NCBI GenBank assembly: GCA_002344785.1 | Contig: DDUL01000036.1 | Span: 120,063-184,062 of the forward strand | Length of the DNA: 64,000 nucleotides | Reading direction: 5' to 3' | Origin: Bdellovibrionaceae bacterium UBA2339 | Lineage (GTDB): Bacteria; Bdellovibrionota; Bdellovibrionia; Bdellovibrionales; JAMPXM01 | Shown here: in pieces, positions 50,711 through 60,449 of the stretch | Layout: each line of letters begins with the position of its first letter | Numbering within the stretch: position 1 is the stretch's first letter | Notes under the pieces: generated by a model | Told to the model about the DNA's origin: nothing | The model's database searches: none | Seen by the model: only the letters and a program-made list of their open reading frames with translations | Position numbers and translations under genes: made by a program

Positions 50711-52145
50711 AACACGCTTCGGTGCCTATGAGCCCGTGATCGGCATTGAGATTCACGTGCAGCTGCAGACTCGGTCGAAAATGTTCTGCACGGATTCCAC
50801 AGCTTTTGCCTCGGGCGACAATGAATGCGTATGTGAAGTTTGCACCGGCATGCCGGGCGCGCTGCCGACGGTGAATCGCACGGCCATCGAGTACGCGGTG
50901 AAGACCGGCCTCGCCTTGGGTTGCAGCATTCGCGAAAAGAGCGTGTTTTCTCGCAAGCAATACTTCTATCCGGATCTTCCTAAGGGCTATCAGATTTCAC
51001 AATTTGATTTGCCGCTTTGTGAAAACGGACGCGTCGAATTCGTTTACAATGGAAGCAAAAAGTCCATCGAGATCATTCGCGCACATGTGGAAGAGGATGC
51101 GGGAAAGTCCACTCACCAAGGCGACTGCTCGCTGATCAACCTCAATCGCGCCAGCGTGCCGCTTCTTGAAATCGTCTCAGGACCGGATTTGAGAGGCCCG
51201 GAAGAGGCGGCCGAGTACGCGCGCACCGTGCACAAGATGGTGCAGTATCTTGAAGTCTGCGACGGCAACCTCGAGGAAGGCTCTTTCCGTTGCGATTGCA
51301 ACGTCAGTGTTCGCAAGCGTGGCGAAACCAAGCTCAACACACGTGTCGAAATCAAGAACATCAACTCGTTCCGCTTCGTTGAGAAGGCGATCGAGTACGA
51401 GATCCTCCGGCAAATCGACGCGATGGAATCCGGGGAAAAAATCCGTCAGGAAACGCGTCTCTATGACCCCGATAAGAACCGCACCTTTGCCATGCGTTCC
51501 AAAGAAGAGGCGCATGACTACCGATATTTCCCGGATCCCGATCTGTTGCCACTGGTGCTCACGAAGGCCGAAATCGAATCGATGCGCGCCAAGCTTCCTG
51601 AAATGCCTTTGGCCCGCGCGGCACGCTTTCAGTCGGAGTACAAACTGCCCGAATATGACAGCCAAGTTCTCACGGCCGAGAAAGATTTGGCCGATTATTT
51701 TGAGAAAGTGGTGAGCGCTTCCGGCAATGCGAAGGCGGCCTCGAACTGGGTTATGACCGAATTGCTTCGTGAACTGAACGACTCCAAGAAAACTGTGAGC
51801 CAAAGTCCGATCCCCGCTGAGCGTTTGGGCCAGATGATCGCGCTCATCGACAAAGGCACGATTTCGGGAAAGATCGCCAAGACGGTGTTCGCCGAAATGT
51901 GGACGAGCGGCAAAGCGCCGGAAGTCATCGTTCAAGAGAAGGGCCTGGTGCAAATCACCGACACCTCGGCGATTGAGAAATCCATCGACGAAGTTTTGGC
52001 CGCAAACCCGAAAGAGTTGGCAGACTATCGCGGCGGCAAAGAAAAACTCTTTGGCTTCTTTGTCGGTCAAGTGATGAAGGCGACCAAGGGTCAGGCTAGC
52101 CCGGACATGGTGAACCAAATGCTGAAGGCGAAGCTCAAAGGATGA
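50700..52145 (+). CDS. gatB: Asp/Glu-tRNA amidotransferase subunit B
   Basis: YEPVIGIEIHVQL, NLNRASVPLLEIVS and a C-terminal YqeY-like domain. The ATG at 50700 is preferred over 50625. Confidence 0.95.
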   Translation: MSSETRFGAYEPVIGIEIHVQLQTRSKMFCTDSTAFASGDNECVCEVCTGMPGALPTVNRTAIEYAVKTGLALGCSIREKSVFSRKQYFYPDLPKGYQISQFDLPLCENGRVEFVYNGSKKSIEIIRAHVEEDAGKSTHQGDCSLINLNRASVPLLEIVSGPDLRGPEEAAEYARTVHKMVQYLEVCDGNLEEGSFRCDCNVSVRKRGETKLNTRVEIKNINSFRFVEKAIEYEILRQIDAMESGEKIRQETRLYDPDKNRTFAMRSKEEAHDYRYFPDPDLLPLVLTKAEIESMRAKLPEMPLARAARFQSEYKLPEYDSQVLTAEKDLADYFEKVVSASGNAKAASNWVMTELLRELNDSKKTVSQSPIPAERLGQMIALIDKGTISGKIAKTVFAEMWTSGKAPEVIVQEKGLVQITDTSAIEKSIDEVLAANPKELADYRGGKEKLFGFFVGQVMKATKGQASPDMVNQMLKAKLKG

Positions 52146-53062
52146 AGATCGCCGCTTTAGATCTTGGGACCAACACCTCGCTTTTGCTCATCGTTGAGAC
52201 GCAAGCCGGGGGTTTGCGGGTTTTGTGCGATGAAGTTCGCATCACGCGTCTTGGTCAGGATGTTCAGGCCACAAAACGCCTGCACCCGGAAGCGCTCCAG
52301 CGCGCCGAGGAGTGCTTTCGTGAATTCAAGTCCCTGATCGATCGACACCAAGTTGATGTCGTGCGCGCGTACACAACGAGTGCAGCACGCGACGCCGTCA
52401 ACGGCCAAGACTTCATTCAGCTGGGTGCGCGCTACGGAATTCCGATCGAGATCATCAGTGGCGAGCGCGAAGCCGAGCTCACTTTTCGAGGTGCTCTCGA
52501 AGGGCCTAGTGAAATATTGACGGCCGTCATTGATGTCGGCGGAGGCTCAACTGAAATCGTGATCGGCGACTTCAGCGGCCCGAAGGAGCGGGTGAGCGTG
52601 AATGTCGGCAGCGTTCGCCTCACGGAGAAGTTCATCACACAGCATCCGATTCCAGACGCTCAGCTCAATGACCTGATCAAGTTTGTTCGTCAGGAGATTG
52701 AAGCAGGTCTTCAGAAGTTCACACTGTCGCCTCAGCAGGTGCTGATGGTGGCGGGAACTCCCACTACGCTTGCCGCCGTGGAACTTGGCCGCGCCTTCGA
52801 GTCGGAGTTGGTGCACGGCCACCGCATGAAGCTTTCAGATCTAGAAGCCTGGGTCCGGCGATTGGCGGCGATGTCGATTGATGAACGGAAACGTCTGGGC
52901 GGCATGGAGCCCAAACGCGCCGACGTGATTGTGGCGGGCGCCATTTGCTTAGCGGAGGCGCTGCGTGCGCTGAAGAAATCCGAAGCGCGCGTGTCCATTC
53001 GCGGACTCCGCTACGGAATCGCGCTGGATCATTTGGCCACGGTCAACGGAGTCAAACGATGA
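52142..53062 (+). CDS. Ppx/GppA-family phosphatase (short form)
   Basis: KIAALDLGTNTSLLLIVE and VIDVGGGSTEIV, the ASKHA-fold motifs of Ppx/GppA. Confidence 0.85.
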   Translation: MKIAALDLGTNTSLLLIVETQAGGLRVLCDEVRITRLGQDVQATKRLHPEALQRAEECFREFKSLIDRHQVDVVRAYTTSAARDAVNGQDFIQLGARYGIPIEIISGEREAELTFRGALEGPSEILTAVIDVGGGSTEIVIGDFSGPKERVSVNVGSVRLTEKFITQHPIPDAQLNDLIKFVRQEIEAGLQKFTLSPQQVLMVAGTPTTLAAVELGRAFESELVHGHRMKLSDLEAWVRRLAAMSIDERKRLGGMEPKRADVIVAGAICLAEALRALKKSEARVSIRGLRYGIALDHLATVNGVKR

Positions 53063-53523
53063 GAGCCCGAAACTTCATTGTCATGTTGAGCGCCTGCATT
53101 CTGGCGCATGCAGCGAGCGCGGAATCGAAAGATCAGCGACCGAAATTTGCCAAGGCTGAAGTGCGCTTGGCTGGCCAAAGACTCAGGCTCGAGGTCGCGG
53201 ACAACGATAGCAAACGCGCTTACGGGCTGATGTTTGTTGAAAAGCTCGAGCCGAACACCGGCATGATCTTCATCTTCGAGTCCGAGCGAACTTTGTCGTT
53301 TTGGATGAAGAACACTCTCATTCCATTATCGATCGGCTACTTCGATGCCAATCGCCGATTCGTGAATTCGCACGAGATGCTTCCAGAAGTGATGGGGAAA
53401 CTTGATCTGAAGAGTTATCCCAGCACGCGCCCGGCCCAGTACGCCATTGAGCTGCCAGCAGGTTGGTTCTTGAAACATAAGCTCGACAGCAAGTCGCGCT
53501 TTGAGTGGATCAAACGTCCCTGA
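53059..53523 (+). CDS. secreted DUF192-domain protein
   Basis: Signal peptide. AYGLMFVEKLEPNTGMIFIF...FWMKNTLIPLSIGYFD is typical of DUF192. ATGA overlap with ppx. Confidence 0.8.
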   Translation: MRARNFIVMLSACILAHAASAESKDQRPKFAKAEVRLAGQRLRLEVADNDSKRAYGLMFVEKLEPNTGMIFIFESERTLSFWMKNTLIPLSIGYFDANRRFVNSHEMLPEVMGKLDLKSYPSTRPAQYAIELPAGWFLKHKLDSKSRFEWIKRP

Positions 53524-53560
53524 GCGATCTCGACGTCGCATCTTGATGGATTGGCGCGGA

Positions 53561-53614
53561 CTCGACCTCTGGCTAGGCCCGACTGAGGTCGAGAGAAAAA
53601 TATGCCTTTTCTCT
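53561..53614 (+). terminator. two adjacent hairpins after the DUF192 gene (terminator-like)
   Basis: CTCGACCTC (53561-53569) pairs with GAGGTCGAG (53585-53593). AGAGAAAA (53592-53599) pairs with TTTTCTCT (53607-53614). Confidence 0.45.
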
Positions 53615-53705
53615 AGCTCCAGAGGTTGTGCTGTAATGAAGCATCGGCCGAGTCTGGCTCATGTTGAGTCCGACCGACCTTCGAGCAGCTCAAGGATTGG
53701 CAGCT

Positions 53706-55208
53706 ATGATGAAAAGACTTCTATTCAGTCTGGCGTGTGTCGCACTCGCGCTTCAATTATCAGGATGTTCTTCAAGTTCATCTTCGGACGAAGGTGGCGG
53801 TGGCGATGAAACTTTCGCCGAAGAAGGCGCGGGCGATTTCCAAGAGGACGAGGGTGGCGATCTCAGTATGGACGGCGATGACGCTGGCGGTGGCGAGACC
53901 ACCACGGCCGACTCGGGTTCGGATGCTGGTGATGGCGATGATTTGTCGTTGGAAGACGAAGGCCAAGACGCCTCGCAAACCGCATCGAACTCGGCGGAAG
54001 ATGACTTAGGTGACCTGGATGACTCGGGTGACGATCTGACGCTCGACGATGAGCCCACCGAGCAGCCTGTTGCCGAAACGCCAGCTGAAACTCCTGCCGA
54101 ACAGCCAGTGGATGCCGTGGCGGAAACTCCGCCTGCGACGGAGCCGGTCTCTGAGCCGATCGCAGAAACTCCCGTGTCCGAACCTGCAACAGCCCCGGTT
54201 CCAAGCACAGTTTCAGCTCCGCCTGTGTTCTATCCGGTAACGAAAATCAAAACTTCGCCCTTCACGGCGGGTGATGCGAATCTCAATCGCGTGTACATCG
54301 GCAGGCCGGGGGACTCGGCTAAATCCATAGCGAAGCGAATCTACGGAGACGAGTCGCGTGCCAAGGATCTGCGCAAGTGGAACTCGTCGCTGAGTAACGG
54401 CGTCACGGTCGGTGAGAAAGTTTATTACCAAAGCCCGACCAACGCTGCCGACACCAACATGCTGACTTACTACGAAGATGTGGGAATCGCGCCGCAAGTT
54501 TACGTGACGAAGTCCGGCGACAACATTCGCAGCGTCTCGAAAGATTTGTTGGGGCACAGAGATTCTTGGAAAGAAATTTGGGCGACGAACTTTGATGTCG
54601 AATCCAAAGCCAATGTCCCCGAAGGCTTGAACTTGCGCTACTGGCCGGATCAGCCGGTCGCGCAGACCGTGGCCCAAACTCCGCCGACACAGCCGCAAGA
54701 CATTCCGCCGCTGACACAAACAGATCCGACGCTTGCGCCGACGGATCCGCCGCCATCGACAGGTGGAAACTTCCAACCTGTGGACACGCCACCACTGGCA
54801 CAGCCGACACCCGATCAATCGCTGGCATCAAATCCGACGCCGACAACTCCGCCCGGTACACCGCCGGCGAACGATCCGTTCGCTATGCCGACTCCCGATC
54901 CGATGTTGGCGCAGGGAACTCCGCCCGTACCGCCCACGGACCCGACAGCCAATCCGACTGCGGATCCCACACAAGTGGCGACGACGGACCCGACACCGGA
55001 TCCGAACATGCCTGTGAACCCAGATCCGTCGCAGCCGCAACCGCCGACGGACACACCTGCGGTTTCACAAGTTGATGAAGACGCAGACTCGATGATGATG
55101 ATCGGCATGGCGGGGATTGTGATCCTTGCCGGTGCGGCGGTCTTCTTGATCATGAAAAAGCGCAAGCCAAAGTCCGTGGATCTCACACAGACCACGCAAG
55201 TCGGCTGA
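53706..55208 (+). CDS. lipoprotein with acidic region, two LysM-like domains, Pro/Thr-rich region and C-terminal TM anchor
   Basis: Lipobox LQLSGC. D/E/G-rich stretch. LysM-like YIGRPGDSAKSIAKRIYGD...LRKWN and YVTKSGDNIRSVSKDLLGH...IWATN. PT-rich segment. C-terminal MMMIGMAGIVILAGAAVFLIMKKRK. Confidence 0.75.
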   Translation: MMKRLLFSLACVALALQLSGCSSSSSSDEGGGGDETFAEEGAGDFQEDEGGDLSMDGDDAGGGETTTADSGSDAGDGDDLSLEDEGQDASQTASNSAEDDLGDLDDSGDDLTLDDEPTEQPVAETPAETPAEQPVDAVAETPPATEPVSEPIAETPVSEPATAPVPSTVSAPPVFYPVTKIKTSPFTAGDANLNRVYIGRPGDSAKSIAKRIYGDESRAKDLRKWNSSLSNGVTVGEKVYYQSPTNAADTNMLTYYEDVGIAPQVYVTKSGDNIRSVSKDLLGHRDSWKEIWATNFDVESKANVPEGLNLRYWPDQPVAQTVAQTPPTQPQDIPPLTQTDPTLAPTDPPPSTGGNFQPVDTPPLAQPTPDQSLASNPTPTTPPGTPPANDPFAMPTPDPMLAQGTPPVPPTDPTANPTADPTQVATTDPTPDPNMPVNPDPSQPQPPTDTPAVSQVDEDADSMMMIGMAGIVILAGAAVFLIMKKRKPKSVDLTQTTQVG

Positions 55209-55233
55209 TCGCACGCCAGCCATCCGTAACGAC

Positions 55234-55259
55234 AAAAGGAGCCCGCAAAGGCTCCTTTT
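55234..55259. terminator. bidirectional Rho-independent terminator between LysM gene and pilZ gene
   Basis: AAAAGGAGCC-CGCAAA-GGCTCCTTTT. The A-run and T-run are part of a perfect 10-bp stem. Confidence 0.8.
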
Positions 55260-55282
55260 GCATTTCGATCTGAGTTTTGAAA

Positions 55283-55651
55283 TCAGCTTGCGCGCTTAAA
55301 GATCTCGTCGATCAACGAGCGACGCGTTTCGCGTTTGCTCTCGACGAAGTACATGAGGTCATCGACGATCTGCACGTCGCGACCATTCACCGGCAAGAAC
55401 TTGATGCCCGCGCCGATCTTGTTGCACCAAATGATCTGTGCGTTCACTTTGCGCTGGCGACCGCCCACTTTGAAAGTGAGCTGCAACTTATCGCCGGCCT
55501 GAACGTTCTCCATCTGATGCTCGAGGAAGGCCCCCGTCATACTGATGTTCTTCAAAACACCAGCCGCAGAGTTGCGACCATATGAGCGCCGAAACTCCAC
55601 GTTCAACTTGAGCGGCACGCGCGGTGACGGAACTTGGTCTTGGGTGTCCAT
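55283..55651 (-). CDS. PilZ-domain (c-di-GMP receptor) protein
   Basis: RSYGR (RxxxR) and NISMTGAF (D/NxSxxG) motifs. 122 aa. Confidence 0.8.
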   Translation of the reverse strand: MDTQDQVPSPRVPLKLNVEFRRSYGRNSAAGVLKNISMTGAFLEHQMENVQAGDKLQLTFKVGGRQRKVNAQIIWCNKIGAGIKFLPVNGRDVQIVDDLMYFVESKRETRRSLIDEIFKRAS

Positions 55652-56262
55652 TGAACCTCCTGCACGACACCTTCATTTTTCGGCAATTCCTCAGACGATT
55701 TTGAGCAAACTTCACTCATTAAGCGAGGCTCTCGACCTTGGTCTTTGCTTAAAATCGCTGTCGAAGCCGCGACCGCAAGAGCGTCTCAAGCTGAGTCAGC
55801 GGCGAATGCCTCAATTCGTATCAGTCGCCTCGCGAGCCCACGGAATTCGAATTTTCGTGTCGATCTAGTCGACACAATGCATAATTAACGAGTTTGACAA
55901 GCCTAGGCCCTGTCGATGAAGTTGGGTCATCGCTCCGCTTCGTCATGATCTCGATTGAGAACTGGCGACGAACGGCCAACGGCCAAATCGAAGGCCCGAA
56001 GTCTGGAAAGCCAGAGCGCACCTCGAAAAAAATCAAAAGCCCACGAACTCAAACCTTAAAACCCATTTCAATTCAACTCAGGAACAGATTCAGGAACACC
56101 CTCTGCCCAAGCCCAATTCGCGACATCTCAATCCGAATTGAAAGTCCAAAAGGACGGCTCTGACGGCCACAAATCGTCGTTCTCAATGCATGAAAACTCA
56201 CCTCAACAACACAAAAAAACTCAAATCAGAATTCAAAGTTTCGAAACACGAAGGAGTATCGA

Positions 56263-57924
56263 GTGTCGCAGACAACCGATGATATGAAGCCCGTTACGGC
56301 CGGTGACGGCCCATCTGGCCCGACGCCTGTGTCGGGTGGCGAGGGCGAGGCCCCAGCTACTGGTGGTGGCGAGTCTACAGAAGGCGGCGGCGGAGGTGGC
56401 GGCGGCCGAGGCGAAGGTCGACATCGCAATTTCCGTGATCGCCATCGTCATGGCGGCGGTCAGAACAAAGGCGGCCAGCAGAACAATCAGCGCTATCAAA
56501 AGCACGGCCGCCACAACAACAATCCAGATCGCGACAATCGCGGTAACCGCGGCGGCCAATCCCGCGACAATCGCAGCTTCGATGCTGGAGGCCCGGCCTC
56601 GGAGGAAGTCGATGCGATTCCGCCGATCACCGATGATGAACTCAAGCAGATCGAGTTGACCGAAGAGGAACGTGCCAATCTGAGTTCGAAGAACCTCAAG
56701 ACCATGCGGATCGAGGATCTGACAACTCTGGCTCTCAAACTCAAAATTGAAAACGCCGCCGGACTACGTCGCCAAGACATGGTGTTCGAAATCCTCAAGC
56801 GCGCCGCGCGACTCGGCGATATCTACGGTCATGGCGTGCTCGAAATTCTTCCCGACGCCTACGGTTTCTTGCGCTCACCGGACTACAACTACTTGCACGG
56901 ACCAGACGATATCTACGTCAGCCCCTCGCAGATCCGACGCTTCGGTTTGCGAACCGGAGACACCGTCACCGGCACAGTGCGACCGCCGAAAGAGGGCGAG
57001 CGCTACTTCGCGCTGTTGAAGGTCGATCAACTCAACTTCGAGGCGCCCGAAAAAGCGCACAACAAGTTGCTGTTTGATAACTTGACGCCGCTCTATCCCC
57101 AGCAGCGCCTGCGCTTGGAGCATTCTCCGGGCGAGTTCACGACGCGAGTTGTGGACTTGATGGCCCCGCTCGGCAAAGGTCAGCGCGCCTTGATCGTCGC
57201 GCCTCCGCGTACGGGCAAAACCGTTTTGATGCAGAACATCGCCAACGCCATTTCCAACAATCATCCGGAAGTGAAGTTGATCGTGTTGCTGATCGACGAA
57301 CGACCCGAGGAAGTCACCGACATGCAGCGAACTGTGAAGGGTGAAGTGGTTTCGTCGACGTTCGACGAACCGCCCACACGGCACGTGCAGGTGGCCGAAA
57401 TGGTGATCGAAAAGGCGAAACGATTGGTGGAGCACAAGCACGACGTCGTGATCCTGCTCGACTCGATCACGCGCTTGGCGCGCGCTTACAACACCGTCGT
57501 ACCTCCCAGCGGAAAAATCCTCTCGGGTGGTGTGGACTCGAACGCGCTTCACAAACCCAAGCGCTTCTTCGGTGCTGCAAGAAACATCGAGGAGGGTGGT
57601 TCGCTCACCATCATCGCGACGGCCTTGATCGATACGGGATCGCGCATGGACGAAGTGATTTTCGAAGAATTCAAAGGTACGGGTAATTCGGAAATTCACT
57701 TGGATCGCAAGCTCATGGAGAAGCGAATCTTCCCGTGTATGGACATCAATAAGTCCGGTACGCGCAAAGAAGACTTGCTGATCGACAAGGCGGACCTCAA
57801 TCGCCTGTGGATTTTGCGCAAGGTGCTCTCGCCCATGAACGTGGTGGATTCGATGGAGTTTTTGTTGGACAAGATCAGTGGCGCGAAAACCAACGACGAC
57901 TTCCTCAAGAACATGAATGGGTAA
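56263..57924 (+). CDS. rho: transcription termination factor Rho with N-terminal G/R/N/Q-rich extension
   Basis: GTG start with AAGGAG 6 nt upstream. YGFLR RNA-binding motif. Walker [10 protein letters not shown]-terminal ATPase motifs. Roughly the first 110 aa are low-complexity. Confidence 0.95.
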   Translation: MSQTTDDMKPVTAGDGPSGPTPVSGGEGEAPATGGGESTEGGGGGGGGRGEGRHRNFRDRHRHGGGQNKGGQQNNQRYQKHGRHNNNPDRDNRGNRGGQSRDNRSFDAGGPASEEVDAIPPITDDELKQIELTEEERANLSSKNLKTMRIEDLTTLALKLKIENAAGLRRQDMVFEILKRAARLGDIYGHGVLEILPDAYGFLRSPDYNYLHGPDDIYVSPSQIRRFGLRTGDTVTGTVRPPKEGERYFALLKVDQLNFEAPEKAHNKLLFDNLTPLYPQQRLRLEHSPGEFTTRVVDLMAPLGKGQRALIVAPPRTGKTVLMQNIANAISNNHPEVKLIVLLIDERPEEVTDMQRTVKGEVVSSTFDEPPTRHVQVAEMVIEKAKRLVEHKHDVVILLDSITRLARAYNTVVPPSGKILSGGVDSNALHKPKRFFGAARNIEEGGSLTIIATALIDTGSRMDEVIFEEFKGTGNSEIHLDRKLMEKRIFPCMDINKSGTRKEDLLIDKADLNRLWILRKVLSPMNVVDSMEFLLDKISGAKTNDDFLKNMNG

Positions 57925-58126
57925 GTTGCTGTAATTACAAAGAAAACCAACAGACCCTCGTCTCGCTGAGGCGGGGGTCCTGCTGAAAGCCACATCAATT
58001 GTTCGTGGACAAGTGGCCGTAGGAACGTGTATCACCTAGGTCTTTTGAATTTTCGGGTTCGTTAGGCCGCGCTGACTTTGTCCCCTATGGCCCGGCATTG
58101 GACACCTGACTTGGAAGGACGCTCGT

Positions 58127-58342
58127 ATGAAAGAGAATTTGCACCCAACATACTTCGCTGACGCTGTTGTGACTTGCGTGTGTGGCGCGACTTGGACCAC
58201 GGGCTCCACGATGAAAGAGGTTCGCGTGGATATCTGCTCGAACTGCCACCCTTACTTCACCGGCAAACAGAAACTCGTCGACACTGAAGGCCGCGTGGAT
58301 CGCTTCCGCAAGAAGTACGCTGGCAACACAAAGACGAAGTAG
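58127..58342 (+). CDS. rpmE: 50S ribosomal protein L31
   Basis: MKENLHPTY...CVCGATW...[13 protein letters not shown]. Confidence 0.95.
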   Translation: MKENLHPTYFADAVVTCVCGATWTTGSTMKEVRVDICSNCHPYFTGKQKLVDTEGRVDRFRKKYAGNTKTK

Positions 58343-58387
58343 ACCTCGAGAACGGGCTCCGCGCCCGCGCGCTGAGTCCGCATGAAG

Positions 58388-58418
58388 AAAGCCCGCCTCG
58401 CTGCGGGCTTTTGTTTTT
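58388..58418 (+). terminator. Rho-independent terminator after rpmE
   Basis: AAAGCCCGC-CTCGCT-GCGGGCTTT followed by TGTTTTT. Confidence 0.8.
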
Positions 58419-58444
58419 CCGCCATGCACACGCCGAGGGAATGA

Positions 58445-59527
58445 ATGGGCATCTTTGATCGACTGGCCGACGTTGAAGCACGCTTTAAGCACGTTCGCCA
58501 CGAACTGGAAAATCCCAACGTCACACAAGATCAAAGTAAGTACCGAAGTCTCATGAAGGAGACGGCTGAGTTGGAACCCGTCGTGGAGCTTTACCGCGCC
58601 TACAAAGAACGGCTTCAGCAGAAGCAAGACGCCCTCAGCCTGCTGGAGTCCGAGCGCGATCCAGAACTCAAAGCGCTCGCCAAAGAAGAAGTCGCCTTGG
58701 CCGAGGCCGCGCTGCCGAATCTCGAAGAGCAGCTCAAGCTCGCGCTGCTGCCACGTGATCCCAACGATGAAAAGAACGTGATCCTCGAAGTTCGTCCTGC
58801 GGCAGGCGGGGATGAGGCGGGACTCTTTGCTGAAGAAATCTTCCGTGCCTACACGCTGTATGCGCAACGACAGGGCTGGACGGTTGAAGTGATGAGCTAC
58901 ACGCCCGGCGCTGTTGGTGGCGTCAAAGAGGCCATCGCCTCGATCTCTGGCGATAAAGTATTCTCAAAGCTGAAACACGAAAGTGGCGTGCATCGTGTCC
59001 AGCGCGTACCGAAGACGGAAACTCAAGGGCGCGTGCACACCTCCACGATCACCGTCGCTGTGATTCCTGAAGCGCAAGAAGTTGATGTGAAGATCAATCC
59101 CAACGACTTGCGTATTGATGTGTTCAGATCCGGAGGCGCGGGCGGGCAGTCGGTGAACACGACTGACTCGGCTGTGCGTGTGACGCATATTCCGACGGGC
59201 ACTGTGGTGATCTGCCAAGACGAGAAGTCGCAGCTCAAAAACAAGAACAAGGCGCTCAAGGTTTTGTATTCACGCCTGAAGGCGGCCGAAGACGCCAAAG
59301 CTATTGCTTCAGCCAGCGAAGCGCGCTTGGCGCAAATCGGAACTGGCGATCGCAGCGAGCGAATTCGCACTTACAATTTTCCACAATCGCGCATCACGGA
59401 TCATCGCATTGGACTGACGCTACATCAGATCGATGAAGTGATGAACGGGGGACTGGATCTGCTGGTCGCGCCGTTGATCGCGCACGCGCAAGCTGAGGCT
59501 CTCAAGGCCGGCGAAGGCGCAGGATGA
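58445..59527 (+). CDS. prfA: peptide chain release factor 1
   Basis: SGGAGGQSVNTTDSAVR (GGQ). RVQRVPKTETQGRVHTS (PxT-type tripeptide of RF1). 360 aa. Confidence 0.95.
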   Translation: MGIFDRLADVEARFKHVRHELENPNVTQDQSKYRSLMKETAELEPVVELYRAYKERLQQKQDALSLLESERDPELKALAKEEVALAEAALPNLEEQLKLALLPRDPNDEKNVILEVRPAAGGDEAGLFAEEIFRAYTLYAQRQGWTVEVMSYTPGAVGGVKEAIASISGDKVFSKLKHESGVHRVQRVPKTETQGRVHTSTITVAVIPEAQEVDVKINPNDLRIDVFRSGGAGGQSVNTTDSAVRVTHIPTGTVVICQDEKSQLKNKNKALKVLYSRLKAAEDAKAIASASEARLAQIGTGDRSERIRTYNFPQSRITDHRIGLTLHQIDEVMNGGLDLLVAPLIAHAQAEALKAGEGAG

Positions 59528-60449
59528 TCTGGTCGTAAACGCGAATCGCGTCGGCCGCGAAGAAGCTGATCAGAAGAAAGAGCGGCAATAAAAATTCGAT
59601 CCCCAAAAGCAGGTACACGCCCATTTGCATGAAAATAATGATGGGGACAAAGAGCCAGCGCCTTTGAAGCCGCAGCCACAACACCACGACGCCTAACTCA
59701 AAGAACATCGTGCCCCAGCCGATCGCGCCGACGGCCCAGTCGCGCTGAGCGACCCAGTGGCCCGCGGCCTCGTACCACTGGCCCTCCAAAATTCCGGCGC
59801 GCGTGACGGCGTTTTGGTAGATGGCTTCGCGCGCGAGAATCAAGGGCGAGCGAATCAAGTCTTCACCACGCGCAAAAACCTTGGCGAGGCCCGCCAGAAA
59901 ATACATGTGGATCAACACAAATTGTGTTGCGGCGATCGGCCAAGCGAACTCGACAGGCGGAAGCGGCGAGGTGCGTTTCCTCATCAGCGAATCAAGGCTC
60001 CAAGCGTGATTCGCGTGGCTGGCGACCAGCACCGCCTGCGCGAAGATCAGCGGAAGTTCCACGCGAAACATGTGACCTATGCCGTTGGCGACGGAGACAA
60101 AGAACAACGAACCGAGAAGCGACACCATCGAAGTGATCCGCCAACCTAGTCCAATGAGTGCGGCCACTGTGCTGAGAGTGAACATCCACCACAGGACATT
60201 GGCGACGCTCGGATGCGCGAGGTGCTCGATCCACGGTGTGAGCAGATGGCCGACTCCGGTCGGCTCCCAGCTTGGCAGCACGACGGGTTCAAACCACTTT
60301 TCGATGTGTCGATAGCTCAAATGCAGAAACAGCACACCGCCCATGATGCCGATGCGAACCAAGGCCAAGGCGCGCGCATCCGCGGGTCGCAAAGCCAACC
60401 GAATCTGTCGTTCGACGAATTCTCTTGCGATGCCAGAATTGAGTTTCAT
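59502..60449 (-). CDS. HTTM-domain (vitamin-K-carboxylase-like) polytopic membrane protein
   Basis: ARALALVRIGIMGGVLF near the N-terminus, then AWSLDSL, HMYFLAGLAKV and TMFFELGVVVL, which are spaced as in HTTM domains. Confidence 0.55.
   Translation of the reverse strand: MKLNSGIAREFVERQIRLALRPADARALALVRIGIMGGVLFLHLSYRHIEKWFEPVVLPSWEPTGVGHLLTPWIEHLAHPSVANVLWWMFTLSTVAALIGLGWRITSMVSLLGSLFFVSVANGIGHMFRVELPLIFAQAVLVASHANHAWSLDSLMRKRTSPLPPVEFAWPIAATQFVLIHMYFLAGLAKVFARGEDLIRSPLILAREAIYQNAVTRAGILEGQWYEAAGHWVAQRDWAVGAIGWGTMFFELGVVVLWLRLQRRWLFVPIIIFMQMGVYLLLGIEFLLPLFLLISFFAADAIRVYDQIILRLRRP

Noticed and set aside
55821-56163. Two ORFs in the rho leader: 71 aa on the minus strand and 89 aa on the plus strand.
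   Set aside because: Their composition is implausible (K/R/S/P-rich runs), they have no RBS, they overlap each other, and they lie in an A/C-rich tract better explained as untranslated leader.
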